Made by a program: the position numbers and the translations under genes. From positions 4,248,071-4,312,070 of the forward strand of contig MU053810.1 in the NCBI GenBank assembly GCA_013239625.1: a stretch of DNA of 64,000 nt. The letters are read 5' to 3'. The notes under the pieces are model-generated. The model searched no databases and had not been told where the DNA came from. It saw nothing but the letters and a program-made list of their open reading frames with translations. Below are positions 41,796-53,915 of this stretch, piece after piece (position 1 is the stretch's first letter; every line of letters begins with the position of its first letter). This DNA is from Lama guanicoe. Taxonomy: Eukaryota.

Positions 41796-42039
41796 CAAGC
41801 ACCTTCCCACCTCCTGCTACTGGCTGTTCAATTCCTTGAAAAAAATAGTCAGTGTTTACCATTCTTTCTTAGGTACGCTCTTCTCTTAAAGCCACTGAAC
41901 GCAGACCCTATTAAGGATAAGGTCACCTCCCAATTGTCAAATCCAGTGTCTTATCTTCAATATTTATCCTTCCAGACTCTTGGCAACACTTAATGCCTTT
42001 GGCCATGCCTTCATTTTGAAATTCTCTTCATGGATGTGT

Positions 42040-42190
42040 AAGCCAGTTCCAGCAATGGTTAGCTCTGTGACCAGAGAAAGTTGACTAATGTCTCTGTTCT
42101 TCTGTGAAATGGGGAGAGTAATTATAACAACCACACAGGGTGTTGTGAGGGTCATAAGAGATAAGTACTCAATAAATATTAGCTATTATT
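42040..42190 (+). mobile_element. MIR fragment
   Basis: TTAGCTCTGTGACC..CTGTGAAATGGGGA..GTTGTGAGG..GTACTCAATAAATATTAGCTATTATT. Confidence 0.75.
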
Positions 42191-42379
42191 TTGTCCCCAA
42201 GCAAACTCCTTGTCTTACGCTCTTCTCCCAAGCTGGCTTCTTCTGTTAGCAGCATCACTGTTTTATCCAGAAACAGTCAGCTGGGACACTGAAGTAATCT
42301 TGCAGATTATTACCTCTGAGATGCCCCCTCCACTCATTCCTACTGCCACTGCCTGTTCCCTTTATGAGTGTCAGGCATG

Positions 42380-42381
<2 letters not shown>

Positions 42382-42412
<31 letters not shown>
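42382..42412. repeat. (AC)n microsatellite
   Basis: Pure AC run of about 15 units. Confidence 0.95.
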
Positions 42413-42414
<2 letters not shown>

Positions 42415-42559
42415 CTTTCCTTATGAGCTCTGGCTGTATATCTACCTTACCAACCACTCAACTATTTGCAAATTTTACTTGGTCTCTTTCAGTATGATTC
42501 TCCTAATCATCTCACTGCCTTTAATAGTAAGGACAGAAACAACAGTGGGAATAAATCCA

Positions 42560-42800
42560 ACCGTTTACTCTGTGCCTGCAGACAGCCTATCCAGCACTTT
42601 TCATATATGATCTCATTGCAGATTCACAAATGCCTTGTGAAGCAGGTATTATTATTACTCCTATTTTATGCAGATAAGGCACTGGAACTCAGAGGAATTA
42701 AATCACACATAAAAGATCTTAGTCAAGTAAGTGTTAGAGCTGGGATTTGAACCCAAATCTGCCTGATGGGAAAGCCCAAACTTCTAAACACTGCTCTTGC
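42560..42800 (-). mobile_element. MIR SINE
   Basis: CTATTTTATGCAGATAAGG..GAGCTGGGATTTGAACCCAAATCTGCCTGA. Confidence 0.75.
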
Positions 42801-43098
42801 TGAATCCTGAAATGAGCTTATCTTGGCAAATACGCTTCCAACCATTGTTCCGCATGCTTCAGACCCCTGATGACTTTCCACTGTGCACAGGGTAAGTCGG
42901 TATTCTTTAACCTGGTGTGAAGGGCCCTTCACTCTCTGGTTCCAATTGATACCTTTAAAATTTAGTTGATGTATGCCATTATTTTCATGCAAATTCAATT
43001 TTTATATACTTGAAGTTTTACTGTACTTTCTTTTATAGCATGCCAGCTCCATTTTGCTCTACACCTTTGTATTTCTTTCTTCTCTTCCTCAACATACA

Positions 43099-43100
43099 TG

Positions 43101-43138
<38 letters not shown>
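43099..43138. repeat. (GC)n(AC)n microsatellite
   Basis: tgcgcgcgcacacacaca...; alternating purine-pyrimidine tract. Confidence 0.95.
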
Positions 43139-43140
<2 letters not shown>

Positions 43141-43277
43141 TACTCACAACTATCACTATTTTCAGCTTGGTACAGATTCTTCCTCAATTTTCCCCATATT
43201 CATATAAACCTATACAAGTATAAATGCACACACATGGGTTTTTTGTATATCTACAGCCATGGAAATACTACACGCCT

Positions 43278-43700
43278 GTATTAGTCAAGGTTATCCAGAA
43301 AAACAAAATCAATAGGATGCATATATACAGACAGATTTATTTAAAGGAAAGCACAAACATGACTGTGGGGGCTGGTGAGTTTGAAACCTTCAGGGCAAGC
43401 CAGCAGGCTGGAGACCCAGAGAAGAGTTCATGCTTCGGGTTTGAACTTGAAGGCAGTCTGGAAGCTGAATTCCTTCTTCCTCTGGGGACCTTTGTCTTTT
43501 TCTTCTTAAGGCTTTCGACTGATTGGGTGAGGCCCACCCACATTATGGAGGATAATCTGCTTCACTCAAAGTCTATGTATAAGATGTCAACCACATCTGA
43601 AAAATACCAAAATGCCATTACAGCGACTCTAGACTGGTACTTGACCAAATATCTGAGCTCCATAGTATAACCAAACTGATACATAAAATTAACCATCACA
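43278..43700. mobile_element. MLT2-type (ERVL) solo LTR inserted in an old L1
   Basis: TGTATTAGTCAAGGTTATCCAG..GGCCCACCCACATTATGGAGGATAATCTGCTT..AAATTAACCATCACA (TG...CA ends). Confidence 0.85.
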
Positions 43701-45050
43701 ATGTATTTCTTTACCAATGGCTCTTTCCTACAAATAAGATATCACTGATATTCTTCCATGTCAGTAGCTACAGATCTAACTCATTCTTCCTAATAGCCAT
43801 GTAACACCTCATATCTTACATATTTTATATATTTTTAACCATATGATGTCCCATAATTTGGTTGGCCATTGATTGATAGGTATTCAGGTTATTTTCAGAG
43901 ATTTCTTCATGGGGAAAGGTCACTACAAATAATGCTACACAATGCAATTATTTTACTATGTGTTATGGATTACTTTCTTAAACTGTAGTGCTCATGTTTC
44001 CGCCAGCACATGGGAGAGGAATTTTTCCTTGGTCCTAGTCAGCACTGGGGATTAGCGTTCTTTGTAATTAGTACCAGTCTAATGGATGAAATATGGCATC
44101 GCGTGGTACATTTAATTTGTATTTTTCAGACCATTGGTGAAGTTGAGCCATCTTTTCATTTATTTGTTTATTAACCACTTGGACTCTTTTGTGTATTGTA
44201 TTTTGAGGTTTGAATCATATTCCCTGTTCATTTTTTTTTACTGATTTCTATAATACCTTTTCCTTTATCAAAATAGGTGTTATAGAATTTAACTCTCAAT
44301 CTCGCATGGGATTTGCAAGTAATTTTTACAGTCTGTCACTTGTCTCAACATTGTGGAATCATTTATCATTTCAAAAATTGTTCTTCAGTTTCTTTTTCTC
44401 ATCAAAACTGCCTTTTTCTCTACAGTTTTGGAGATTCCTCTGTTGCTTAAGAACTCTAAGTTGCATTTTGTTTTTAAATTTTTAAACATTTAAACCTTTT
44501 ATTCATCTAGGGCTTATTTTTGTATTTGGTGTATGATGAGGTCCAAACTTGCTTCCTCAAAATGGTTAGTCAATGATGCCAGCAAAGTCTATCAAACCTT
44601 ATTAAATTTCATTTTAGTGGAGAAAGGACTAAATAAGCCATGTTTTCTCTTCTGAAGTAAAATACCATTTTTGTCACATGACAATTTCCCATGGATAATT
44701 GGATCATTTTCTGGATTCTGCATTGATCTGTCTGTCTCTGTGTTGGTTTGATTAAAGAATCAAATAAGTTTTATAGCTGGTAAGGCAAATCAGTGACCTC
44801 TCAGCCTTAAATACCACATGCTCTATTTCTCTTATAATTCAGAATACTCCTGGAGACTAATTCTTCCATGTGAACATTAAATTACTTCACCTACTTCCAA
44901 AAATAAAATAAATAAAATATCCTCACTGTACCAAAACTAATATACAACCTCCAGGATTCTACTTCTACCTGTATTACAGATTATTTCCAGGAGAAACATT
45001 ACCATCTTCATGATATTAAATCTTCCTATCTCAACAGAAGTTATTTATTT
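43701..45050 (-). mobile_element. Old L1ME-type 3'/ORF2 remnant (also continues ~43140-43277)
   Basis: ACAGATCTAACTCATTC..TTTAATTTGTATTTT..TTTTCTGGATTCTG. Confidence 0.6.
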
Positions 45051-45252
45051 GCTGAACTAATATTGTAATAGTTGCTTCAAGTTGATGAAGCTTTGGGAAA
45101 ACTTTCCCCATTGGGCCTGGATGATTCTATTTTATTGATTAAAAAGCACTAAAATAGAAGGAGGTAAACATTTAGTAAAATAAATTTTATATTTTAGCAA
45201 GTTTCTGTCTTTGCTAGATAAGGACCTAATAATTTCTGTCAACTTACCCACT

Positions 45253-45896
45253 GTTTTTTGGGTTTTTTTAATGATTGTATGTTTTGGGGTTTTTTTATTT
45301 TTTATTTTTAAAATTTTAATTCATTTTTTTGTTGAAGTATAGTCAGTTACAATCTGTCGATTTCTGGTGTACAGCATACTGTTTCAATCAGACATATACA
45401 TATATATATATTAATTTCCATATTCTTTTTCATGAAAGGTTGCTACAAAATTTTGAATGTAGTTCCCTATGCTATACAGAATAAATTTGATTTTTGTCTA
45501 TTTTTATATATAGTAGTTAATATTTGCAAATCTCAAACTCCCAGTTTATCCCTTCTCACCCTTTTCCCCCTCAGTAACCATAAGATTGTATACTATGTCT
45601 GTGGGTCTGTTTCTGTTTTGTAGATGAATTCATTAGTGTCTTCTTTTTTCTTTTAGATTCCACATATAAGTGATATAATATGGTATTTTTCTTTCTCTTT
45701 CTTGCTTGCTTCACTTAGAATGACAATCTCCAGGTCCATTCATGTTGCTGCAATGGCATTATTTTATTCTTTTTTATGGCTGTATAGTATTCCATTGTAT
45801 AAATATACCACAGCTTCTTTATCCAGTCATCTATCATGGACATTTAGGGTGTTTCCATGTCTTGGCTATTGTAAATAGTGCTGCTCTGAACATTGG
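45253..45896 (-). mobile_element. 5'-truncated lineage-type (camelid-like) L1
   Basis: T-rich tail, GTTGAAGTATAGTCAGTTACAAT..TTAGATTCCACATATAAGTG..; TSD acttac(c/t)cact at 45242-45252 and 45897-45907. Confidence 0.88.
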
Positions 45897-48399
45897 ACTT
45901 ACTCACTCTTGATTATTCCAAGAAATCCCCTTTTTCATGGGAGCCCTGGTGGTTAGGGGGTTGGTTTCATCTTGCTGATTTCCTAGCTGCTGTTGCCCCC
46001 TTAGCATTCCTCTAGTGGGAGGGACCTACCTCACTGGGCACCCTACCCCAGCTTAGGAGTGAAGGAGCCACAGACCTTCCCTGCTGCTTCTCTCTCAGGT
46101 TACCTGAGCCTCTTGACCTGGCCACCCTGTTCCCAGACCTTTGCGCTCTGTAGACCACGAGCCCCCATGCCACTGCTCATGAACACTTGTCCTGCAGTCA
46201 CGACATGGGCCTGTCTGTGTTTCTTCAGGGCCCTCTGGTTCAGGTTTTTGTGTTACTTTTTACCCCTCCTCAACCCCCAAAATGCCTCTGGACCACAGGG
46301 TTTTCCTTGTCCCTGGAAAAGCAGCCCAGATGGCCATCTGCTCCGTTAATCCAGTCTTGGCATAAAGGATTCAAAGATAGACCAGCAGACAGGCTGAGCA
46401 AAGCCTGAGCAGAGAATGCCCTGGCCCCAGGGCACAGGGACACTCAAGCCACTGCTCAAGTTGTGCCTATGGCTCCGGGAAGGATGAGCAAGTGTGTGTG
46501 CCCCCACCTCTGTCCTTGTCCATATACTTCTTTGTATGGGATTAAAAAAAAATCCATCCATCTGTCACCATATCATGACTCTCTTGGCAGTCTGCTTGGG
46601 TCAAGATGCAGTGGTTACTTCATTGTTCTTTCTGAAGGCTGACATTTTCCAACATCTGCAGCCTAGATATGGAGCAAATAAATGGCTGTCAGTTCACTCA
46701 GAAGGAGAAAATCCTTCATTTATCTTGTGACCTATGCCTAGGACACATGGTGGGGCTTGAGCTGTCTGTCCTCTTTATTAGCAAAGTCCCAGCTCTCAAG
46801 CCTGCTGTGTGGTCAAGACGTTTGCAAAAGCACTTTACTGGATGGAGTAGCTAGTACAAAGTCATCCCTGCACTTTCCACGCACGTTTTTGAATACTATT
46901 CAAAAAAGTATCTCCCCTTTGGAAAAGCCAGAGCGTCTTTTATAAAAATAGACCTGTCCCAACGTCAATTTTCTGCCTGAATAAAAGTGAATGAATATTA
47001 AACATTGCTGCAGGCCACCTTGTCGTTGGAATTAAAGAGTCTCCGCTACCATAAATAATTCTGTAAAAACACCAGTTTTTGCCTAAGCAACGCTCAGTCC
47101 AAAGTTTTTGTAAATGCATTTTCAGTCCAAGGTACATATATTTGCAGCTTAACTTGTGGCCATGAGATGTAGGTTTTAGAATAAGTAGCGTATATGTTGA
47201 AATAGCGGTATAGCCAATCACCTGGCAAAAGGTGGTCCAGGGGCTCAATGGGGAGTAGTCAGTTTTCCTAGTGGGAAGGTAGTCTTGGAGGAAAAGTGAG
47301 TCCCAGCCAGCTCTCCTAAATTGACGTGCACTTGCATGATACATTAGGCCTTGGCTGAAGGAAATGCGATGTGTTCTGCAAAAGAGCATTGGCCTCAAGT
47401 CAGCAGACTTGGTTTCAAGTGGGTGGCAGCTTCGTTACTCGATACCTGTGTGACCTCTGGCAATTTATTTATGTTTCCTGAGCATCGCTTTTACTGACTA
47501 CAGAAGGGAAGTATCAGACAAGGGAGGAGTCCTACGGTGCATTGTTTTACACACCGGTGTGCCTCCATCGATTCTGAGGTTAAGTAATTTATTGCTGCTA
47601 AGAATGAAGTCCTGATGTTTGCAAACAGTTGATGGTTGTAGTGCAGATAAGTTTAGCCCTGTGATGTCATTCTCACTGGCTCACCTTCTGAAGTGGTTTC
47701 TTGAGAGGCAGGGGAGTGGGAGACATGGCTGCCACCCTGGTAAGACAAGTGTCATCACCAGCAAAAATTTTTCAAATGACCAGTTTTCTAATTTACCTTC
47801 CTATCAAACGTTCAGCTGGATACCACTCTCCACACGTTTCTGGATATCTGCCTTACTGTCATAAAAATATGTTTTGTCAATATTTTGCCAACATCCTGTC
47901 AATGTTTTGTCAACATCTGGGCACAGCCTGAAGAAGGCAGTATCTCTGAAACATGGCCCACCGTGTGTGAACTACTGGGCTGAACCTCCCCTTGCGTTCC
48001 TTCTGGTTAAGCACCCTCTTTGTGAAGGTGGTTGCAGGTGAGGACTTTCACGCATCCAGGGTGGGGAGGCTGGGGGAAACAGACACTGACTGTGTCTAGA
48101 GGTGGTGATGATTCTGGAGGCAGAAGCATCTCTGGAATGTTTCTGCTGCTCTTCTGACTCTGTTCTTTTGCTGCTGGATCATAGAGAGTGAGCTGCTGGA
48201 GTCTGAGTACTTTGAATTTCAAATTCCATATTTTTCTATTCTAAAATTTTCTTTACCCCAAGGCATCTTATAAGATGATCCCAGCTATGATGAACAGCTC
48301 TCTCCTCCCCTCCTCCAATCTCCCTACTCCCACGGAACACAGACACTTTAGAGACACCAGTAAATGGGTAACACCAAGGAGTGGTGATTACAGTCAGGG

Positions 48400-48620
48400 C
48401 TTTCTTACTGCTTACCCTGTACTAGACAGGGGGCTAAGCCTTACGTACATTATTCCATAACTCCATGGTGTAGGTAAGATTAGTATCTGCATTTTACAGG
48501 TGAAAATGCTCAGGCACAGAGAAATTAAGTAACTCACCCAGGTAGCACTTGGCTGAGATTCACACTCAGGTAGTCTGGCTCCAAAATCAAGGCTCTTGAC
48601 CCCTCTTCTGTGCCATGTCA
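48400..48620 (-). mobile_element. MIR SINE
   Basis: CATTTTACAGGTGAAAATGCTCAGGCACAGAGAAATTAAGTAACTCACCCAGG. Confidence 0.8.
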
Positions 48621-48793
48621 TCAGTACTCCAAGTTAACTTACCTTCTGTCAGTTACTTTCACTAACTCTTCTCTGAAGTAGCTCTTATTATCCCAATGTT
48701 ATATTTGAATAAGCCAAGGATCAGTGAAATGGGATAATGTGACAAAGGTCCTGTGGCTGGAAATATCAACAGGCAGTGAATGAGCTGGGATTT

Positions 48794-49399
48794 ATTTTTA
48801 ATTGAGGCATAGTTAATGTACAATATTATATAAGTTTCAGGTGTACAATATAGTGATTCACAATTTTTGGAGGTTATATTCCATTGATGGTTGTTGTAAT
48901 TATACATTGTATTTCATACTTCTTAATCCCCTACCCCTATCTTGCCCCTCTCTCCTCCCTTTCCCCACTGGTAACCATTAGTTTTTCCCTCTATATCTGT
49001 GTCTGTTCCTTTTTTGTTATATTCACTAGTTTGTTTTATTTTTTTAGATTCCACATATAATTGATATCATACAGTATTTGTCTTTCTCTGGCTGTCTTAT
49101 TTCACTTAGCATAATAACCTCCAGGGCCATCCATGTTGTTGCAAATGGCAAAATTTCATTCTTTTTTATGGCTAAGTAGTATTCCATTGTATATACAAAC
49201 CATATCTTCTTTACCCATTCATCTGTTGATGGATGCTTAGGTTGCTTCTGTATCTTGGCAATTGTAAATAATGCTGCTATGACCACTTGGGTGCATGTAT
49301 CTTTTCAATTTAGTGTTTTCATTTTTTTCAGGTAAATACTCAGGTGTGGAATTACTGGGTCATATGCTAGTTCTGCTTTTAGTCTTTTGAGAAACCAGG
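48794..49399 (-). mobile_element. 5'-truncated L1 (L1MA9/artiodactyl-like) inserted in a MIR remnant
   Basis: Minus ORF IAALFTIAKIQKQPKHPSTDEWVKK is the L1 ORF2 C-terminus; TSD gagc(t/c)gggattt at 48782-48793 and 49400-49411. Confidence 0.88.
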
Positions 49400-50804
49400 G
49401 AGCCGGGATTTGAACATAGGTCTCTTAGTAAACAAAGCCACAGTCTTGACTCTATTTCACATTGTTTTCTGAATAATAAAGTAATATAATGGAAATGAAA
49501 GTGACATGTCCCCAAAATTTTTTTTCTGAAAACAGTATTTGTCCTGACAGCTTGGAGTTTTCACCTGTAGTAGAGCATCATTTTCTAGTCACTGATTATT
49601 ATCATTATAATTTTGCCATGCGCCAGGTTTTGTGCATTGTGGAAGAGTTCACTATTCCTTGGAACATGCATTCCAAGAAGAAGGGACTGCCCGTCTCTGC
49701 CTTTGAATGCTGCATTCAGACGCTGATAACATTTCATTCTCAGACTCAGTGCCTTCATTCCTGAGCCAACCAGAATGCGGTAAACAAGACCAACTCTAGA
49801 TCCCACCCACCAAGAGCTACTAGGCTGCCAGCTTGACAACCAGTCAGAATCAAGCCTGGTGATGTATCAGATCTTCCCACCCACCAGTGCTGGTGGGATC
49901 TAGAGCTGGTCTTCCTTACCTAAGGCAGCTCCGTGCGCTGCAGCTTCCTTCCCAACCCCCACAGGTGACCCACTGCAAGATGGAAGTTCCGTCCTCATTC
50001 CTTGCTCTTAACCTTTGACCACTGGAAAGTCATCAGCAGTTTCAACTCCCCTGCTTTGAACACAGACCCTGTTTTCACTTATCCTCAGTCACTGGCTAGG
50101 ATTAACCCGAGCATCTCCCCACTTCCATCCCCTTCCTCCGAAGTCGATCAGTTACAAGTTTGCCAAGCCTTTCTAAGTATGGGAGGTTTGAATGACCTGT
50201 CAGTGACCACTCCTTCAATGACGAGGTCTTTTCAAGCCTCTGACCCTAACTTCGGGATGTTAGGAGGATTCAGTAGCTGCTGTGGAAATGCAGTGGCAAT
50301 CAATAACCATTTGCTAATAGCGGCAAGAGTAATCGTAAGCAGCAGCAATATGTCATTTTCAATTTCCAATTCAGAACAAGATGTATTGAGTGTTTTCATG
50401 GCAGGCACTGTGCTAGGCCCCAGGGATCTATGACACTGAGTTCTGGATCTGTCCACAGGCCCTTGTAGACTCATTTGTGTCCACAGACCTGCCTTCTTCT
50501 CCAGTTTTATTCAGCTTTTCTGAGAAGGTCAAATGACCTCTTTGTTTCAGGATCTTTATATGATTGCATTTGCCAGTTTGGGGTGGAGGGGGAATTTAAA
50601 AAACAGCTCCCAAAGTTTCATTCAGGAGAAACACTGCAAATATTTGTGGTCAGAACTTGTAGGAGCCACAGAGTGAGTCCACGTGATCTGGGAAATGCAG
50701 GAGGAGCTTAGGAAGATGATCATGAGTACCTTCCAAAAGGTCAAGGTTTCATGGAGCAGATGGAGGAGGGCGCTCCTCAAATAAACTGGAAAAGATAAAT
50801 GGAT

Positions 50805-51007
50805 TTTCTTATTTATTGAAGTATAGCTGATGTACAATGTTAAATAATATAGTGATTCACAATTTTACAGGTTATCCTCCACTTACAGTTATTATAAAAT
50901 GTTGGCTCTATTCCCTTCTTTGTATGATATATCCTTTTAGCTTATTTTATACCTAGTAGTTTGAACCTCTTAATCCCCTACCCCTATATTGCCCCCTCTT
51001 CCCTCTC
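50805..51007 (-). mobile_element. Short L1 3' end
   Basis: TTTATTGAAGTATAGCTGATGTACAAT..TTAATCCCCTACCCCTATATTGCCCC. Confidence 0.75.
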
Positions 51008-52152
51008 AAACTTAAGAGAAATAGAAAGTGAAAGAAGTTTAAACATTACTGTGAAGACTCATTCTCAACTTGAAGGAGAAAAACATTTCTAGAGAGCAGA
51101 AGCTGCAGGGCTGGCTGCTCTGTCAGCCTCGTGGGGACCGTTCCCCCAAAGACTGCATCACACCAGCCTTGCCGAGACTGCAGGGAGCTTCATTTACCAC
51201 TGCTAAAATGTCTCCACTCGCTAGCATTCACATTAAGGAAAACAATTAGCAAGTTAATTATTTGGATTTTTTTTCCCCTTGCTTTTTTATTTTCAAAGCT
51301 GCTTTGCCTCAGTTAGTACCCTAAGCACTTTTATGTGCTCATCAAGCTTGCTTCCATGGTTCTCAAGGCATGGTTTGCAAAAATATGGCATTTCAGAAAA
51401 GCTAGCCAACTAAAGTGAGAGATTAATTTCTAACAACTGTACTCAGTGGAAACTCTTTATATGCTTACACACAGTTAATTTTAGAATAGAACTAGACAAG
51501 GAGATCTATTTACAATAGTTCTTCCCAGAGTTAATCATTGACATACAGTATTTTGAGGTCAGATTTCCAGTATTTTCAGAATGAAACAAGCCAGAATAAG
51601 CAACTAAACAGCATGAAATTGAGTACCAAATAAGTGACAAAAGTCTGTTCCAAGGCCTGTGTATTTTACACAATTAGAAGTACAGGTGATCTGCCTAGCT
51701 AGAAATTATGTGAAAAATAAAGAACCAAATGAGAAGCCAGATATTCTAATAGTGAAAATCACAGTCAGAACAATACAGTATAAAGACAATAATCTGGGGC
51801 CACTAAGTGTAGGGATAAACAACTTGCCACACCTTGATGTCTTTTCAGAGCACCACAGCTTTTAAATGAAATACTTGCTAATCATACTCGTCACAAGAAT
51901 AAAATCAAATTATGCTTAGTATACACTGAAAAAAACAGGGTCATGATTAATGTTGTTTATAAATAACTCAATAAAAATAAGATTTTCCTGAAAGATGACT
52001 CCTAAAGGAATGTAATTTATGTGAAAAATGATTTTATGTGGAATACCTCTTCTGTGAAGATGCTAGATGCTGTGTTAGTATATATTATGGAGTATGTTGC
52101 AGCCTCTCTTACTTGTAAGTTAGGTATTATACTCCCAACTTAAAGAGGGGAC

Positions 52153-52756
52153 AATGCTATGAACATTGGGGTGTGTGTATCTTTTTGAATTAGTGTTCCA
52201 ATGTTCATAGCAGCACTATTTACAATAGATAAGACATGGGAACAAACAAAATGTCCATCAACAGATGACTGGATAAAGGTACAGTAGAGTACTACTTAGC
52301 CATAAAAAAGAATAAAATAATGCCATTTGCAGCAACATGGATGGACCTAGAGATTATCATACTAAGTGAAGTAAGTCAGAAAAAGGAAGACAAATATATA
52401 TCACTCATATGTGGAATCTAAAAAAAAAAAGGACACAAATGAACTTATTTACAAAACAAAACAGACTCACAGACATAGAAAACAAACTTATGATTGCCAG
52501 GGGGAAAGGGGTGGGAAGGGATAAATTAAGAGTTCGAGATTTGCAGACACTAACTACTATGTACAGATTAGATAAACAATTTTCTTCTGTATAGCACAGG
52601 AAACTATATTCAATATCTTGTAGTAACCTATAATTAAAAAGAATATGAAAACAAGTATATGTGTCTATATGTATGACTGAAACATTTCGCTGTACACAGA
52701 AATTGACACAGCATTATAAACTGATTGTACTTCTGTTAAAAAAAAAAGTAATAATA
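52153..52756 (+). mobile_element. 5'-inverted, 5'-truncated lineage-type L1
   Basis: Antisense L1 at 52155-52197 followed by sense L1 from 52198 to the A tail; TSD aaagagggg(g)ac on both sides. Confidence 0.88.
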
Positions 52757-53751
52757 AAAGAGGGGGACTTGAGCAATGTTTGGAGATGCCAGGCCTGATC
52801 AAGACGTTATGACCTCTTCTCCACATACTGACTTCATCCCATGCAGGTTTGGCCTAGAAGATGGGAGGGAGAGCAGCTAGAGCCCCACAGCTGTTCTCTT
52901 TTGGTCCTCCAACCAATCTCTTGCTCTCTCTGTCTCTCTCGTTGCTCAGAATTGAAAGTTAAAATATTCTTTGCCTTAAATGTGGATTACAAAAGGCCAG
53001 TCTTACACCCTTGTAAGGCAAGAAAACATGAGTACACAAGCAATATTATAGGAAAGCACTCCAGCTCTATGAACTGGCACAGTCCAAATCAGCTGGACTT
53101 TGCGTAGCGGCAGCAGAGAAGGGAAGCAACACCTACCATTAAGTGAGCACTTACTCTGTGCCAAGTGCTGCACTTTGTATATTCAGAATATATCTACTAC
53201 GTACTTATGTGTTAAGAAAACATGCAATATTCATGGAATCATTTCTGTAATTTACGCAAATTTGCTTTCTGTTTGATATTGACCAAGTCACATTTGGTTT
53301 TTACCCTTATTTTCACCCTTCATGATTTGTTATCATAGCTTAAGCTCCCAGCCTCTAAAAGTCTACTGTGAGCCATCGTGAATTTCTCTAATAATCCCTC
53401 CTGGGTGGTGTTATGACATTTACCTCTTGATTGCCATACATTTGGCATTTTCTGAATGAAACTATAACTCCTTTTTATTTATATCCTAAATTCTCTCTTT
53501 CAGACGTCAAGGGATGTTTCTTCATTGCTCAGCTAGCTCATGAGTCACGTGACCAGTGTTCTGACTTTGCTGCTATTCAGTTTTGAGATCTTGGTTTATT
53601 CACTTAGCATCCCTTGACTTCAGTTTCCTCATCACTATGACAAAGGGTGGTCCTTAAGCTTCTACTGTCCCTTATAGCTCTAAAATTCTATTATTCTGTG
53701 ATCCAGTTAATACTTTAAGATTCCATAATCTTTGCTCAGATTCCTTTATCT

Positions 53752-53915
53752 AGAACAGTGCTGTAGTAATACGTACACCATCACGTCAAGGTCTTTTTAA
53801 AAATACTTGATACTGGGCCCCTACTCCAGACCAATTATATCTGGGGGTGGAGTCCAGCAACATATTTCTGGCTATGTTTCCAGTTTGTTCAAATCTGCAG
53901 CCAGAATCAACTACT
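53752..53915. mobile_element. MER5-like MITE
   Basis: TTTTTAAAAATACTTGATACTGGGCCCCTACTCCAGACCAATT..TCTGGGGGTGG. Confidence 0.6.

Noticed and set aside
43224..43670. 148-aa ORF
   Set aside because: Lies within an MLT2 LTR; spurious
46940..47398. 152-aa ORF (also 5880-6332, 15739-16152, 16508-16915, 50002-50433)
   Set aside because: Non-ATG starts or no recognisable domain, and no exon structure; lengths are compatible with chance
48636..48646. Strong minus-strand donor AAG|GTAAGT; likewise plus-strand acceptors at ~8915 and ~11833 and a donor at ~42892
   Set aside because: No matching partner site or coding frame; isolated consensus sites are frequent by chance
49044..49286. 80-aa ORF resembling database 'LINE-1 like' proteins
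   Set aside because: C-terminal remnant of L1 ORF2, not a gene
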